Part shown: piece after piece, positions 21,266-31,505 of the stretch | Position numbering within the stretch: position 1 is the first letter of the stretch | Layout of the letters: every line of letters starts with the position of its first letter | DNA from: Candidatus Woesearchaeota archaeon | Lineage (GTDB): Archaea; Nanobdellota; Nanobdellia; Woesearchaeales; UBA583 | Direction of reading: 5' to 3' | Assembly (NCBI GenBank): GCA_965205335.1 | Contig: OZ242164.1 | Coordinates: 256,001-320,000 of the forward strand | DNA: 64,000 bases | Translations under genes and position numbers: made by a program | Notes under the pieces: generated by a model | What the model was told of the DNA's origin: nothing | Seen by the model: only the letters and a program-made list of their open reading frames with translations | Databases searched by the model: none

Positions 21266-22104
21266 AAATCACCTCTTTTAATTTTCTCTCTAATCCTAAG
21301 CAACTCATTAAGAGCAACCTTAGTTTCATCATCATTTGGAGCTTTCCCATGCCATCTATAATCACTCTCCATAAACGAAACTCCTTTTCCAGAAACCGTA
21401 TTTGCAATCAAACAAACAAGACTTCCCTTAATTTTCATACCTTCTCTTAAAGCATGCCTAATAGCCATTATATTATTCCCATCAAATTCAATCGTCTTAA
21501 ACCCAAAAGCAGAAATCTTTCTGGAAACATCACCAATAGAACTAATATCTCCTGTTCTCCCCTCAATCTGAACATGATTCCTATCAACTATCACAATTAA
21601 ATTATCAAGCCCCTCATAACTCGCAAACAAAAAAGCCTCCCAGCACTGACCCTCCTCAAGTTCACCATCTCCCATAAAACAAAACACTTTATTTTTCTTC
21701 TTATCCCTTTTCAAAGATGCCCCAAGCCCTACCGCCTGAGAAATCCCCTGCCCCAAAGGACCTCCTGAATTCTCAACTCCTACAACTGCCCCATTATGAG
21801 GATGTCCCTGCAATCTTGAATTAATCTTTCTAAATGTCATTAACTCATCAACACTAAAATATCCAAGCCTTGCAAGAACTGAATACAAAACAGGACAAAT
21901 ATGCCCATTAGACAAAAAAACAAAATCTCTTTTACTCCATTCAGGTTTCTTAGGATTATGATTTAAAACCTCATTATACAAAACAGAAAAAACATCCGCC
22001 ATTCCCAAAGAACCCCCGCAATGCCCCGACTTAGAATTATTAACCATCCTTACAATATCACACCTGACATCATTTGCAAATAACTTCAACTCACAATCAT
22101 CCAT
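21262..22104 (-). CDS. Transketolase, N-terminal (TPP-binding) subunit
   Basis: SGHCGGSL, LSNGH, LQGHP, GDGELEEG and WHGKAP motifs. Confidence 0.94.
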   Translation of the reverse strand: MDDCELKLFANDVRCDIVRMVNNSKSGHCGGSLGMADVFSVLYNEVLNHNPKKPEWSKRDFVFLSNGHICPVLYSVLARLGYFSVDELMTFRKINSRLQGHPHNGAVVGVENSGGPLGQGISQAVGLGASLKRDKKKNKVFCFMGDGELEEGQCWEAFLFASYEGLDNLIVIVDRNHVQIEGRTGDISSIGDVSRKISAFGFKTIEFDGNNIMAIRHALREGMKIKGSLVCLIANTVSGKGVSFMESDYRWHGKAPNDDETKVALNELLRIREKIKRGDL

Positions 22105-22240
22105 AAAAAAACTAAAAACCTAACAATTTAAATAAACGTGTTTTAATCTCAAAGTTTAACCACCCCAAACACTAAAAAAATTATCATGAAATAACCATAC
22201 AAATTTATAAACAAATCACTATCAATTTATATAATATACA

Positions 22241-23509
22241 ATGGAAAAATCAAACATGCAAAAACAAGATGACGAATTCATAGTATGCGAGAATTGTAAA
22301 AAACAATTAGGAAAAGTAAAACACATAGCACACCTTAGTTCAAAGGATTTATCTATTTTGGAAAATCCAAGAAGAGTAATGAATGTAAACTTCCCACTTA
22401 GAATGGACAATGGAACAATAAGAATAGTTAATGCATTTAGAGTTCAGTACAATGATGCTCTCGGTCCAACTAAAGGAGGTATAAGATTTCATCAAAGCGT
22501 TAATGAAGAAGAAGTTGCAGGGCTGGCGTTTTTAATGTCTCTTAAAACTGCATTAGTGGGACTGCCCTACGGAGGAGCAAAAGGGGGCATAAGAATTAAT
22601 CCAAAAGAATTATCCGAGGGGGAATTAGAGCGAGTATCAAGAGGATACATTAAAGAAATGGCTAAAATCATTGGACCTAAATTAGACATTCCCGCGCCCG
22701 ATGTTAACACAAATCCAAAAATAATGGGATGGATGATGGATGAATATGAACACATAGCAGGTGTTAAAACAAGAGGAGTTATTACTGGAAAACCAATTCT
22801 TCTTGGTGGAAGTTTAGGCAGAAATGAATCAACCGCAAGAGGAGCATTTTTTATAATATCCAGAAAATTTGAAAAAGAAAAAAACAAATCCAAAATTAAA
22901 ATTGCAATCTCAGGATTTGGAAATGCAGGCTCTAACCTTGCCAAAATGCTTGATAAAGAAGGATTTAAAGTTGTCGCAGTATCTGACTCATCAAGTGGCT
23001 TATATGAACCAAAAGGACTTGACATAGAAAAAATAATTGAACACAAAAAAGATAAGAAGCATCTTGCAACATATGAAAACTATAAGAAAATATCAAACGA
23101 AGAATTACTTGAATTAAACGTAGACATACTAATACCTGCCGCTCTTGGAGAGGTTATAAATTCAAATAATGTCCAAAATATTAAAGCGAAAACAATTGTT
23201 GAAGTTGCAAACGCTCCTACTTCAGTATCATCTGATGATGTACTAGAAAAGAAAGGAATAGAAATTATCCCTGACATTTTAGCAAATTCAGGAGGTGTTA
23301 TTGTCTCATACTTTGAATGGGTTCAGAATCTATCAAATTATTATTGGAGTGAAGACGAAGTAAACGAGAAACTAAAAACTAAAATTATTAATGCTTACGA
23401 AGATGTCTTGGAAGAAGCAAAAGTTCATAATATAAATTTAAGAACTGCATCATACACATTATCAATTGCAAGAATTCTTGAAGCAGAAACATTAAGAGGA
23501 CATATTTAA
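22241..23509 (+). CDS. gdhA: NAD(P)-dependent glutamate dehydrogenase
   Basis: GPTKGGIRF, GGAKGG, DIPAPDV, GFGNAG and NSGGVIVSYFEW motifs. Confidence 0.95.
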   Translation: MEKSNMQKQDDEFIVCENCKKQLGKVKHIAHLSSKDLSILENPRRVMNVNFPLRMDNGTIRIVNAFRVQYNDALGPTKGGIRFHQSVNEEEVAGLAFLMSLKTALVGLPYGGAKGGIRINPKELSEGELERVSRGYIKEMAKIIGPKLDIPAPDVNTNPKIMGWMMDEYEHIAGVKTRGVITGKPILLGGSLGRNESTARGAFFIISRKFEKEKNKSKIKIAISGFGNAGSNLAKMLDKEGFKVVAVSDSSSGLYEPKGLDIEKIIEHKKDKKHLATYENYKKISNEELLELNVDILIPAALGEVINSNNVQNIKAKTIVEVANAPTSVSSDDVLEKKGIEIIPDILANSGGVIVSYFEWVQNLSNYYWSEDEVNEKLKTKIINAYEDVLEEAKVHNINLRTASYTLSIARILEAETLRGHI

Positions 23510-23511
23510 TT

Positions 23512-23949
23512 TTAATTTTCTCTTAAATAATCTCCTATGTTCATCTGATTTAATAATTTTTTATTTACAAATTTAATATATCCAATGGGATCTTCATTAT
23601 GCACAACAAGATAAAATTTCTTTTCATCAAGTCTTAAAGAACATCTAATATGGCTCAAAGACAAATCTTTTCCATACGTAAAATCAAGTGCTTTCTTTGA
23701 TGATTTAACACTAACTATATTTTTAGAATTTTTACTAATAAAATCAAACAAATACTTAGAAGGCAGTAACCTCTTTAATTTAATAAATATAAGACTATCA
23801 TTAAAAACCTCATCTTCCTCAAACTCTCTTTCACAAAGAAACACATTCTCATTTTTCACATATAACTTTTTGCCAAGAAAAAACTTAGAAATCTTTGAAT
23901 TGGAAACATCAAATCCTTTTAGAAAACTACGTAGTTCATCTGCTTTCAT
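23512..23949 (-). CDS. Nip7/UPF0113-like PUA-domain protein
   Basis: FTYGKDL, IGY and C-terminal NIGDYLRE resemble the Nip7 F.YG.D and D.G.YLR motifs. Confidence 0.6.
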   Translation of the reverse strand: MKADELRSFLKGFDVSNSKISKFFLGKKLYVKNENVFLCEREFEEDEVFNDSLIFIKLKRLLPSKYLFDFISKNSKNIVSVKSSKKALDFTYGKDLSLSHIRCSLRLDEKKFYLVVHNEDPIGYIKFVNKKLLNQMNIGDYLREN

Positions 23950-24117
23950 AAAATAAGCAATTAAAACAAATTTAAAAGTATATTGTTGTTTAAGTTAGTT
24001 AAATATACACAAAAATAACAAAATAGTGGGGGAAAAACATTTTGATGAAATAATCACTAACCAATAGAGGACATCACTTAAATTCTGTATCATTAATGAT
24101 ATAATAATAAAAGAAAT

Positions 24118-27100
24118 ATGATACAGAAAACTTCTATACAACAGAAAGTCTTAAAGACAACTTTAACATCATTACTAATCATTGCATTAATTGGACTAAC
24201 AAGTAGTTTAGCATGGGGAACTCAACCCCAATTCAATCAAAGTTTTTACAATTTTAGTTTTTATGAGGAAAATGATGGAACGGCAAACTATGCATATGTT
24301 GGAACAGTAAGTGCAAATGGTTCTGTTGGTGATACTCTAACATACTCTCTTGAAGGTCATAACCAATCTATGTTTAGAATTAATTCAGAAACAGGAGTTA
24401 TTACATACATTGGACCCGGGGAAGATTATGAAAGTGCAAATAAACTTGATCATACATTCAAAGCCAAAGTAACCAATGACAACAATGAGAATGAAGTATA
24501 TGTTTATGTATATGTTAAAGACCTAAACGACAACTATCCTATTTTCAGCCAGGATATTTTCTATCTTTATCTTGATGAAAACGCCAACGGAAGTTCAAAC
24601 CCTGTACCTATTGGAAATATAATCGCAACTGATCTTGATGAAGGGAGTTTAAAATACTCTATAACACAAGGAGACATTAATAAATTTGCTATTAACTCAA
24701 CAACAGGAGAAGTTACATACATTGGAAATGGAGAAGATTACGAAAGTGGAATATACCAATACAATTTAAAAGTTCAGGCAAGTGATGGAACATATCATCC
24801 CAAAAAAGATCTAATAGTTATCATTAATGACTTAGAAAACGAAAGCAGAAATTATCCCAACTGTAGTGGAACTGCAGCACTTAGAGGCTCTACAAGTAAA
24901 ACTGATTTAATTGCAGATTGTAATACTTTATTATCGTTTAAAAAACATATCAGAGCAGTGAATTTAAACTGGGATATCTACACCAGAATAGGAAAATGGG
25001 AAGGTGTTACAATAAAAAATAACAGAGTAACAAAATTATACTTGAGAAATAAAAATTTAACAGGGAGTATCCCCAAAGAATTAGGAAATCTCTCAGGATT
25101 GGTGTACTTAAATATGATATTTAACAATTTAACTGGGGAAATTCCTAAAGAACTGGGAAAGTTATCAAATTCATTTGAATTGGATTTGAGTTATAATAAT
25201 TTAAATGGAGAAATCCCCAAAGAATTAGGGAATATGGCAAGTTTGATTCAATTGTATCTAAACCACAATAATTTAACAGGAAGCATCCCTAAGGAGTTAG
25301 GGAATCTACATATATATGACTTGTATCTAGACCACAATAATTTAACTGGAGAAATCCCTAGAGAATTTGAGAATCTATCTCTAAGAAGTTTAAGATTGAG
25401 TAATAATAATTTAACAGGAAGCATCCCCTCGCAAATAGGAGACCAAAATTTGAAAGAATTATTTTTGAATAATAATAAATTAACCGGAAATATCCCCACA
25501 CAAATTGGAAGTTTAACAAATTTAGAGGACTTGTATTTAAATGATAATGAACTAACTGGGAGTATTCCATCACAGTTTGGAAGTTTAACAAAATTAGAGA
25601 ACTTATACTTAAACAATAACAAACTAACAAGAAATATCCCTACACAAATTGGAAGTTTAACTAAATTAGAGAATTTATATATGAACAATAACGAACTAAC
25701 TGGGAGCATACCTTCACAAATTGGAAGTTTAACAAATTTAGAAAATCTGTATATGAACAATAATAACTTAACTGGAAATATCCCTGAGGAATTAGGAAGT
25801 CTAATAAAATTAATTAATTTGGATTTGAGTTATAATAATTTAACAGGAAGCATACCCACGCAAATAGGAGACTTAACAAATTTAATTAATTTGTTTCTGA
25901 ATAATAATAACTTAACTGGAAATATCCCTGAGGAATTAGGAAGTCTAACAAAATTAATTAATTTGGATTTTAGTAATAATGATTTAACAGGAAGCATACC
26001 CACGCAAATAGGAGACTTAACAAATTTAATTAACTTGTTTCTGAATAATAATAACTTAAACGGAAGCATACCCACACAAATAGGGAATCTGATAGATTTA
26101 GTTAACTTAACTATAAACAACAATAATCTAACTGGGAGAATTCCTAGACAAATGGTAAGTTTATGGGATTTGGAAAAACTATTCTTGAACAATAACAATT
26201 TAAATGGAAGAATTCCATCGCAATTAGGAAATTTAAGGCGTTTAAAATACCTTCATTTGAACAATAACAATCTAAATGAAGGAATTCCTATAGGATTTGG
26301 ATACTTGGAAGATTTAGAGGAGTTCTTTTTGAATAACAATAACTTAACGGGAGATATTCCATATGAATTAGCAAGATTAGGTGAGTTATCACTCTTTTTT
26401 TTAAACAATAACAATCTAACAGGAGAAATTCCTGAAGAATTTGGAGATTTAGCAAACCTGAGAATCTTGCTTATGAATAATAATAATTTAAACGGAAGCA
26501 TTCCAAGAGAATTAGGAAATCTATCAAAATTAGAAGTACTGGATTTGAGTTACAATAATTTAAACGGAAGTATTCCTGAAGAATTAGAAAATTTACCTAA
26601 TTTGAGGAGTTTGAATCTAAGCAATAATAACTTAAGGAGTAACCCAGATAATATAGAAATTTTACCACCTCAACCTAATAATAATCCTGTTTTCAATCAA
26701 AATCATTACAATTTTAATCTTGATGAAAATGCAAATGGCAATCCAAACCCAATATCAATTGGAACTGTAAATGCAACAGATGAAGATGATGATAATTTAA
26801 CATACACTATTACACAAGGAAATACTAACAAATTTAACATTCATTCAGGAACAGGAAAAATTACATACACAGGAAATGGGGAAGATTACGATAGTGGAAC
26901 AACACAATACACCCTGACAATTCAGGCAGATGATGGACAAAATAACATAAATGCACAAGTTACAATTAGCATCAACAACTTAAACGACAACTCCCCACAA
27001 TTCTCCCGAAACTCATACACTTTCAGTCTTGATGAGAATGCAGACGGGAATCCAAACCCAGTAACAATTGGAACTGTGACCGCAACAGATGAAGACAGCA

Positions 27101-30100
27101 ATACTTTAACTTACACAATCACACAAGGAAATACTAACAAATTTGACATTAATTCTCAGACTGGGAAAATCACATACACTGGAAACGGGGAAAACTATGA
27201 AAGTGGGATAACACAACACACTCTGACAATCAGGGCAAATGATGGACAAAACAATGCAAATGCACAAGTTACAATTAACATCAACAACTTAAACGATAAC
27301 TCCCCTCAATTCGGACAAAGTTCTTACACATTTAACCTCAACGAGAACACAGACAGGAATCCAAACCCAGTAACAATTGGAACTGTGACCGCAACAGATG
27401 AGGACAGCAATACTTTAACATACACAATCATACAAGGAAATACCAATAAATTTGACATTAACTCTCAAACAGGAAAAATTACATACATCGGAACAGGAGA
27501 AGATTATGAAAGCGGGATAACACAACACACTCTGACAATCAGGGCAAATGATGGACAAAACAATGCAAATGCACAAGTTACAATTAACATCAACAACTTA
27601 AACGACAACTCTCCACAATTCGGACAAAGTTCTTACACATTTAACCTCAACGAGAACGCAGACGGGAATCCAAACCCAGTAACAATTGGAACAGTAACTG
27701 CAACAGATGAGGACAGCAATACTTTAACATACACAATAACATCAGGGAATATTAACAAATTTGACATTAACTCTCAAACAGGAAAAATTACATACATCGG
27801 AACAGGAGAAGATTATGAAAGCGGGACAACACAACACACTCTGACAATCAGGGCAAATGATGGACAAAACAATGCAAATGCACAAGTTACAATTAACATC
27901 AACAACTTAAACGATAACTTCCCCGCCTTCACTCAAAATTCATACAATTTTGATATTGATGAAAATGAAGATGGTAATCCAAATTCTGTTTCTCTTGGAA
28001 CAGTAAATGCAACAGATGAAGACAGCAATACTTTAACATACACAATAACATCAGGGAATATTAACAAATTTAGAATTAACTCAGAAACAAGTGAAATGTC
28101 ATACATCGGAACAGGAGAAGATTATGAGAGCGGGACAACACAATACACCCTGACAGTTCAGGCAAATGATGGACAAAACAACGCAAACGCCCAAGTTACA
28201 ATTAACATCAACAACCTAAACGACAACTCTCCTCAATTCAGTCAAAGCTTTTACACATTTAGTCTCAATGAAAATGCTGACGGAAACTCAAACCCAGTAA
28301 CCATTGGAACAGTAACTGCCACTGATGAAGATGTTGGCGACACTTTAAGATATTCCATCACATCTGGTAATGCAGATAACAAGTATGACATTAATTCAAC
28401 AACAGGTGAAATCACATATATTGGAAGTGGAGAAGATGGAAGCACACCAATGTATTCCTTAAATGTTAGCGTAACTGATACTGAATTTTCTGACCAGACC
28501 ACTGTTCAGATTATCATTAATGCAACAAGCAATAATAACAATCATCCTCAATTCCCTACCGACGTAGCCTATTTTGACCTTGATGAGAATTTGAATGGTC
28601 CTATATATGTTCATGAGCTCACTGCAACTGATGATGATGTTAATGATACTATAACCTACTCAATTGCTTCTTGTGATAGAAGTAAGTTTAGTATTAATTC
28701 CTCAACCGGTAGAGCACATTACATTGGTAGCGGGGAAGATTTTGAGAGCTTAGTGGAGTCTGGTTCAACCCAGTTTAATTGTATAATTGAAGCCAGTGAT
28801 GGGTCACTTAATGATACTATTAGGTTAGAGATTAACGTTGTTGATGTGAATGAGGCTCCTGAATTTCCGGGTAGTGGTTATGCTTCTAATGATCTTGATG
28901 AGAATATAGATGGGAGTTCAAGTAATAAGTTCCTTCACTTTACCTTTGCAACTGATCCTGATGACGATAATTTAACATACTCTATTACAGAAGGTGATAC
29001 AAGTAAATTTAGAGTTGATGAATCAAATGGTAACTTATATTACATTGGCAGTGGAGAGGATTATGAGGATTTAATAGATCTTGGAGATAACTCTTATAGT
29101 GTTACAATTACAGTTAGTGATGGAGAACATAATGATTCTTATATTTTTACTTTAGAGATTCTTGATGTGAACGATGCTCCTATGTTCACCGGGTTTGAGA
29201 CACGCGGACCTATGAAGGCTTATTTTTTCAATTTTGATGAGAATCTGAATGGCAGTTCTACTCCAGTTTTTGTAGGGAATGTAACCGCGACTGATGACGA
29301 TGAGGATAATTTAACATATAGTTTTACTACTGCTCAAACCAAGTTTGAGATTAATTCATCAACTGGTGAGATAACGTATATTGGTAGCGGGGAAAATCAA
29401 GAAGATGAAGATAGTTTTAGGAAAGCGGTGCAGGTAAGTGATGGTAATCTTAATGTTTCTGTCAATGTTTTAATTAGTGTTAATGATGTAAACGAGGCTC
29501 CTGAATTTAATCAGGATTCATACAATTTCATTCTTAACGAAAATACAAATGGCAGTTCAACGCCTTTTCCTATTGGAACGGTAACTGCGACTGATCCTGA
29601 GGAGGATACTTTAACATACTCAATCTTACCAGGAGAAATAGACAAATTTCAAATTAATTCAACAACTGGTGAAATCACATATATTGGAAGTGGAGAAGAT
29701 GGAAGCACTTCAGTATATTCCTTAAACGTTAGCGTAACTGATACTGAATTTTCTGCCCAGACCACTGTTCAGATTACCATTAATGCAACAGTCAATACTA
29801 ACAATCCACCTGTATTCACTGAGCTCTCTCATCTCTCTCTTGCAGAAAACCGAGACGGGAGAACAACTGCTGTTTATGTTGGAAATGCAACTGCAACCGA
29901 CCAGGATAATGACACTTTAACATATTCCATTACTGAAGGCGACACAAATAAATTTAATATTGATTCATCAGTCGGGGAAATTACATACATTGGAAGCGGG
30001 GAAAATTACGAAAGCGGAAATACTCAACATAATTTAACAGTTCAGGCAAGTGATAGAACAAATGATATAACTGCTAAGGTTATAATTAATATAAAAAATA

Positions 30101-31320
30101 TAAATGAATCTATTGCTTTCAATCAGAGTTTCTATACTTTTTATCTTAATGAGAATGCAGATGGAAGTACAAATCCTATAACTATTGGCAAAGTGAACGC
30201 TATTAGTGGAAGTGGAATACCTGCATACTCTTTTCTTGATAATACATACAGCAGGAAATTTAATAACATAACTAACGATGGTGATATTAATTATATAGGA
30301 AATGGTGAAGATTATAATAATGAAGAAAATCAATTTAATTTAACAGTTGGGGCAAGGATTGATGGAAACTCTACTTCTGTTAATATTACCGTTAATATTG
30401 TTAATTCTAATGATACAGAGATTATACCTCTCCAATATAATGTAAAGACAGATGAAAAAGAGACTAACTCTAATGAAACAGGGAATTTACTTCCATCCCC
30501 TAATGTAAACACAGATGAAAACGAAAGTATCTCACCACCATCATCTACATCCGACAAACCAAAAAGTGGAAGTGGGAGCGGAGACAGTGGAAGAAGTAAA
30601 AAGAGTAAGCCTACACCAGAAGAAGAAGAAGAAGAAGAATATGAATATGAATTTAAAACAACAAGTTCAAGTGCAGATACAATTAAAATAACTTCAAATA
30701 AAATTGCAAAAAATATAAAAGTAAGTGCTAACAGAATCAGAAACACATCATCTACAATACAAAATATTCCAACTCCACAGGGAAAAGTATATGAATATAT
30801 TGAAATAACCACAAGCGGATTAGAAGATGATGAAATTGTTGGTGCAACAATTGAATTCTCTGTAAGTATAGAATGGTTGTCAGAAAATGGATTTGAAAAA
30901 GAAGATGTAGTGCTATTAAGATATAATGAAGACAAAAATGAATGGGAAGAATTTAACACTATTATAATCAGTGAAAATTCAACAGAAGTTAGGTACTCAG
31001 CAGATACATCTATGTTTTCAATTTTTTCTATAACAGCAAAAAATGAAGAAACTCCAACCACAACATCAATCCCTCAGACAGATTCTTCTATTGAGAAAGA
31101 GAATAAACTAAAACCACTAGCACACGAAGAAGAAACACATCAACAAGAAACAAACACAGTTCCTAACGACATAGAAACAAACATTCCACAAACACCAGCA
31201 CAAACGCAACCAATACAAGAAGAAAGTTCATCAACTACATTAATCTTCATCATACTTGGAATCATAATAATAATCACAGGAATAATAATATACATATCAA
31301 CCAGAAAAACTGAAGAATAG
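24118..31320 (+). CDS. Giant surface protein (2400 aa): signal peptide, 2 cadherin-like, capped 23 LRR, 12 cadherin-like, PGF-pre-PGF, TM
   Basis: Repeats counted by eye: LxxLxLxxNxLTGxIPxxLGxL LRRs; PxF..Y.F.LDEN / ATDxD / YIGxGEDYE cadherin-like units; VYEYIEI...IEFSV...W...LLRY...W...FSIFSI; C-terminal TM and basic tail. Confidence 0.9.
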   Translation: MIQKTSIQQKVLKTTLTSLLIIALIGLTSSLAWGTQPQFNQSFYNFSFYEENDGTANYAYVGTVSANGSVGDTLTYSLEGHNQSMFRINSETGVITYIGPGEDYESANKLDHTFKAKVTNDNNENEVYVYVYVKDLNDNYPIFSQDIFYLYLDENANGSSNPVPIGNIIATDLDEGSLKYSITQGDINKFAINSTTGEVTYIGNGEDYESGIYQYNLKVQASDGTYHPKKDLIVIINDLENESRNYPNCSGTAALRGSTSKTDLIADCNTLLSFKKHIRAVNLNWDIYTRIGKWEGVTIKNNRVTKLYLRNKNLTGSIPKELGNLSGLVYLNMIFNNLTGEIPKELGKLSNSFELDLSYNNLNGEIPKELGNMASLIQLYLNHNNLTGSIPKELGNLHIYDLYLDHNNLTGEIPREFENLSLRSLRLSNNNLTGSIPSQIGDQNLKELFLNNNKLTGNIPTQIGSLTNLEDLYLNDNELTGSIPSQFGSLTKLENLYLNNNKLTRNIPTQIGSLTKLENLYMNNNELTGSIPSQIGSLTNLENLYMNNNNLTGNIPEELGSLIKLINLDLSYNNLTGSIPTQIGDLTNLINLFLNNNNLTGNIPEELGSLTKLINLDFSNNDLTGSIPTQIGDLTNLINLFLNNNNLNGSIPTQIGNLIDLVNLTINNNNLTGRIPRQMVSLWDLEKLFLNNNNLNGRIPSQLGNLRRLKYLHLNNNNLNEGIPIGFGYLEDLEEFFLNNNNLTGDIPYELARLGELSLFFLNNNNLTGEIPEEFGDLANLRILLMNNNNLNGSIPRELGNLSKLEVLDLSYNNLNGSIPEELENLPNLRSLNLSNNNLRSNPDNIEILPPQPNNNPVFNQNHYNFNLDENANGNPNPISIGTVNATDEDDDNLTYTITQGNTNKFNIHSGTGKITYTGNGEDYDSGTTQYTLTIQADDGQNNINAQVTISINNLNDNSPQFSRNSYTFSLDENADGNPNPVTIGTVTATDEDSNTLTYTITQGNTNKFDINSQTGKITYTGNGENYESGITQHTLTIRANDGQNNANAQVTININNLNDNSPQFGQSSYTFNLNENTDRNPNPVTIGTVTATDEDSNTLTYTIIQGNTNKFDINSQTGKITYIGTGEDYESGITQHTLTIRANDGQNNANAQVTININNLNDNSPQFGQSSYTFNLNENADGNPNPVTIGTVTATDEDSNTLTYTITSGNINKFDINSQTGKITYIGTGEDYESGTTQHTLTIRANDGQNNANAQVTININNLNDNFPAFTQNSYNFDIDENEDGNPNSVSLGTVNATDEDSNTLTYTITSGNINKFRINSETSEMSYIGTGEDYESGTTQYTLTVQANDGQNNANAQVTININNLNDNSPQFSQSFYTFSLNENADGNSNPVTIGTVTATDEDVGDTLRYSITSGNADNKYDINSTTGEITYIGSGEDGSTPMYSLNVSVTDTEFSDQTTVQIIINATSNNNNHPQFPTDVAYFDLDENLNGPIYVHELTATDDDVNDTITYSIASCDRSKFSINSSTGRAHYIGSGEDFESLVESGSTQFNCIIEASDGSLNDTIRLEINVVDVNEAPEFPGSGYASNDLDENIDGSSSNKFLHFTFATDPDDDNLTYSITEGDTSKFRVDESNGNLYYIGSGEDYEDLIDLGDNSYSVTITVSDGEHNDSYIFTLEILDVNDAPMFTGFETRGPMKAYFFNFDENLNGSSTPVFVGNVTATDDDEDNLTYSFTTAQTKFEINSSTGEITYIGSGENQEDEDSFRKAVQVSDGNLNVSVNVLISVNDVNEAPEFNQDSYNFILNENTNGSSTPFPIGTVTATDPEEDTLTYSILPGEIDKFQINSTTGEITYIGSGEDGSTSVYSLNVSVTDTEFSAQTTVQITINATVNTNNPPVFTELSHLSLAENRDGRTTAVYVGNATATDQDNDTLTYSITEGDTNKFNIDSSVGEITYIGSGENYESGNTQHNLTVQASDRTNDITAKVIINIKNINESIAFNQSFYTFYLNENADGSTNPITIGKVNAISGSGIPAYSFLDNTYSRKFNNITNDGDINYIGNGEDYNNEENQFNLTVGARIDGNSTSVNITVNIVNSNDTEIIPLQYNVKTDEKETNSNETGNLLPSPNVNTDENESISPPSSTSDKPKSGSGSGDSGRSKKSKPTPEEEEEEEYEYEFKTTSSSADTIKITSNKIAKNIKVSANRIRNTSSTIQNIPTPQGKVYEYIEITTSGLEDDEIVGATIEFSVSIEWLSENGFEKEDVVLLRYNEDKNEWEEFNTIIISENSTEVRYSADTSMFSIFSITAKNEETPTTTSIPQTDSSIEKENKLKPLAHEEETHQQETNTVPNDIETNIPQTPAQTQPIQEESSSTTLIFIILGIIIIITGIIIYISTRKTEE
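26983..28230 (+). repeat. Near-identical 309-bp tandem repeats encoding cadherin-like domains
   Basis: AACGA(C/T)AAC unit starts at 26983, 27292, 27601, 27910 and 28219 (period 309 bp, 103 aa). Confidence 0.9.
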
Positions 31321-31505
31321 AAAAAATAAATTTAAAAGTATATGGTTACCAAAACTAGTTGAATATGTATAAATAATAACAAAATTTCTTTTTTTATGAT
31401 AAAATTTCTAAACAATAAATTTGTTATTAAAAAGAAGAAAATCTTATCATAATTACTAACTAGTGAGTAAAATATATTATAATATGATTTTATCTCCTCA
31501 TAAAT

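Noticed and set aside
20291-22104. Two-gene transketolase as an unusual split gene
   Set aside because: Separate N- and C-terminal subunit genes are the usual arrangement in archaea and many bacteria
25248-26501. Antisense ORFs over the LRR region (and similar shadows at 19652, 22567, 30330, 31490, 32696, 50946)
   Set aside because: They are reverse-frame shadows of repetitive or biased coding sequence with no independent protein signal
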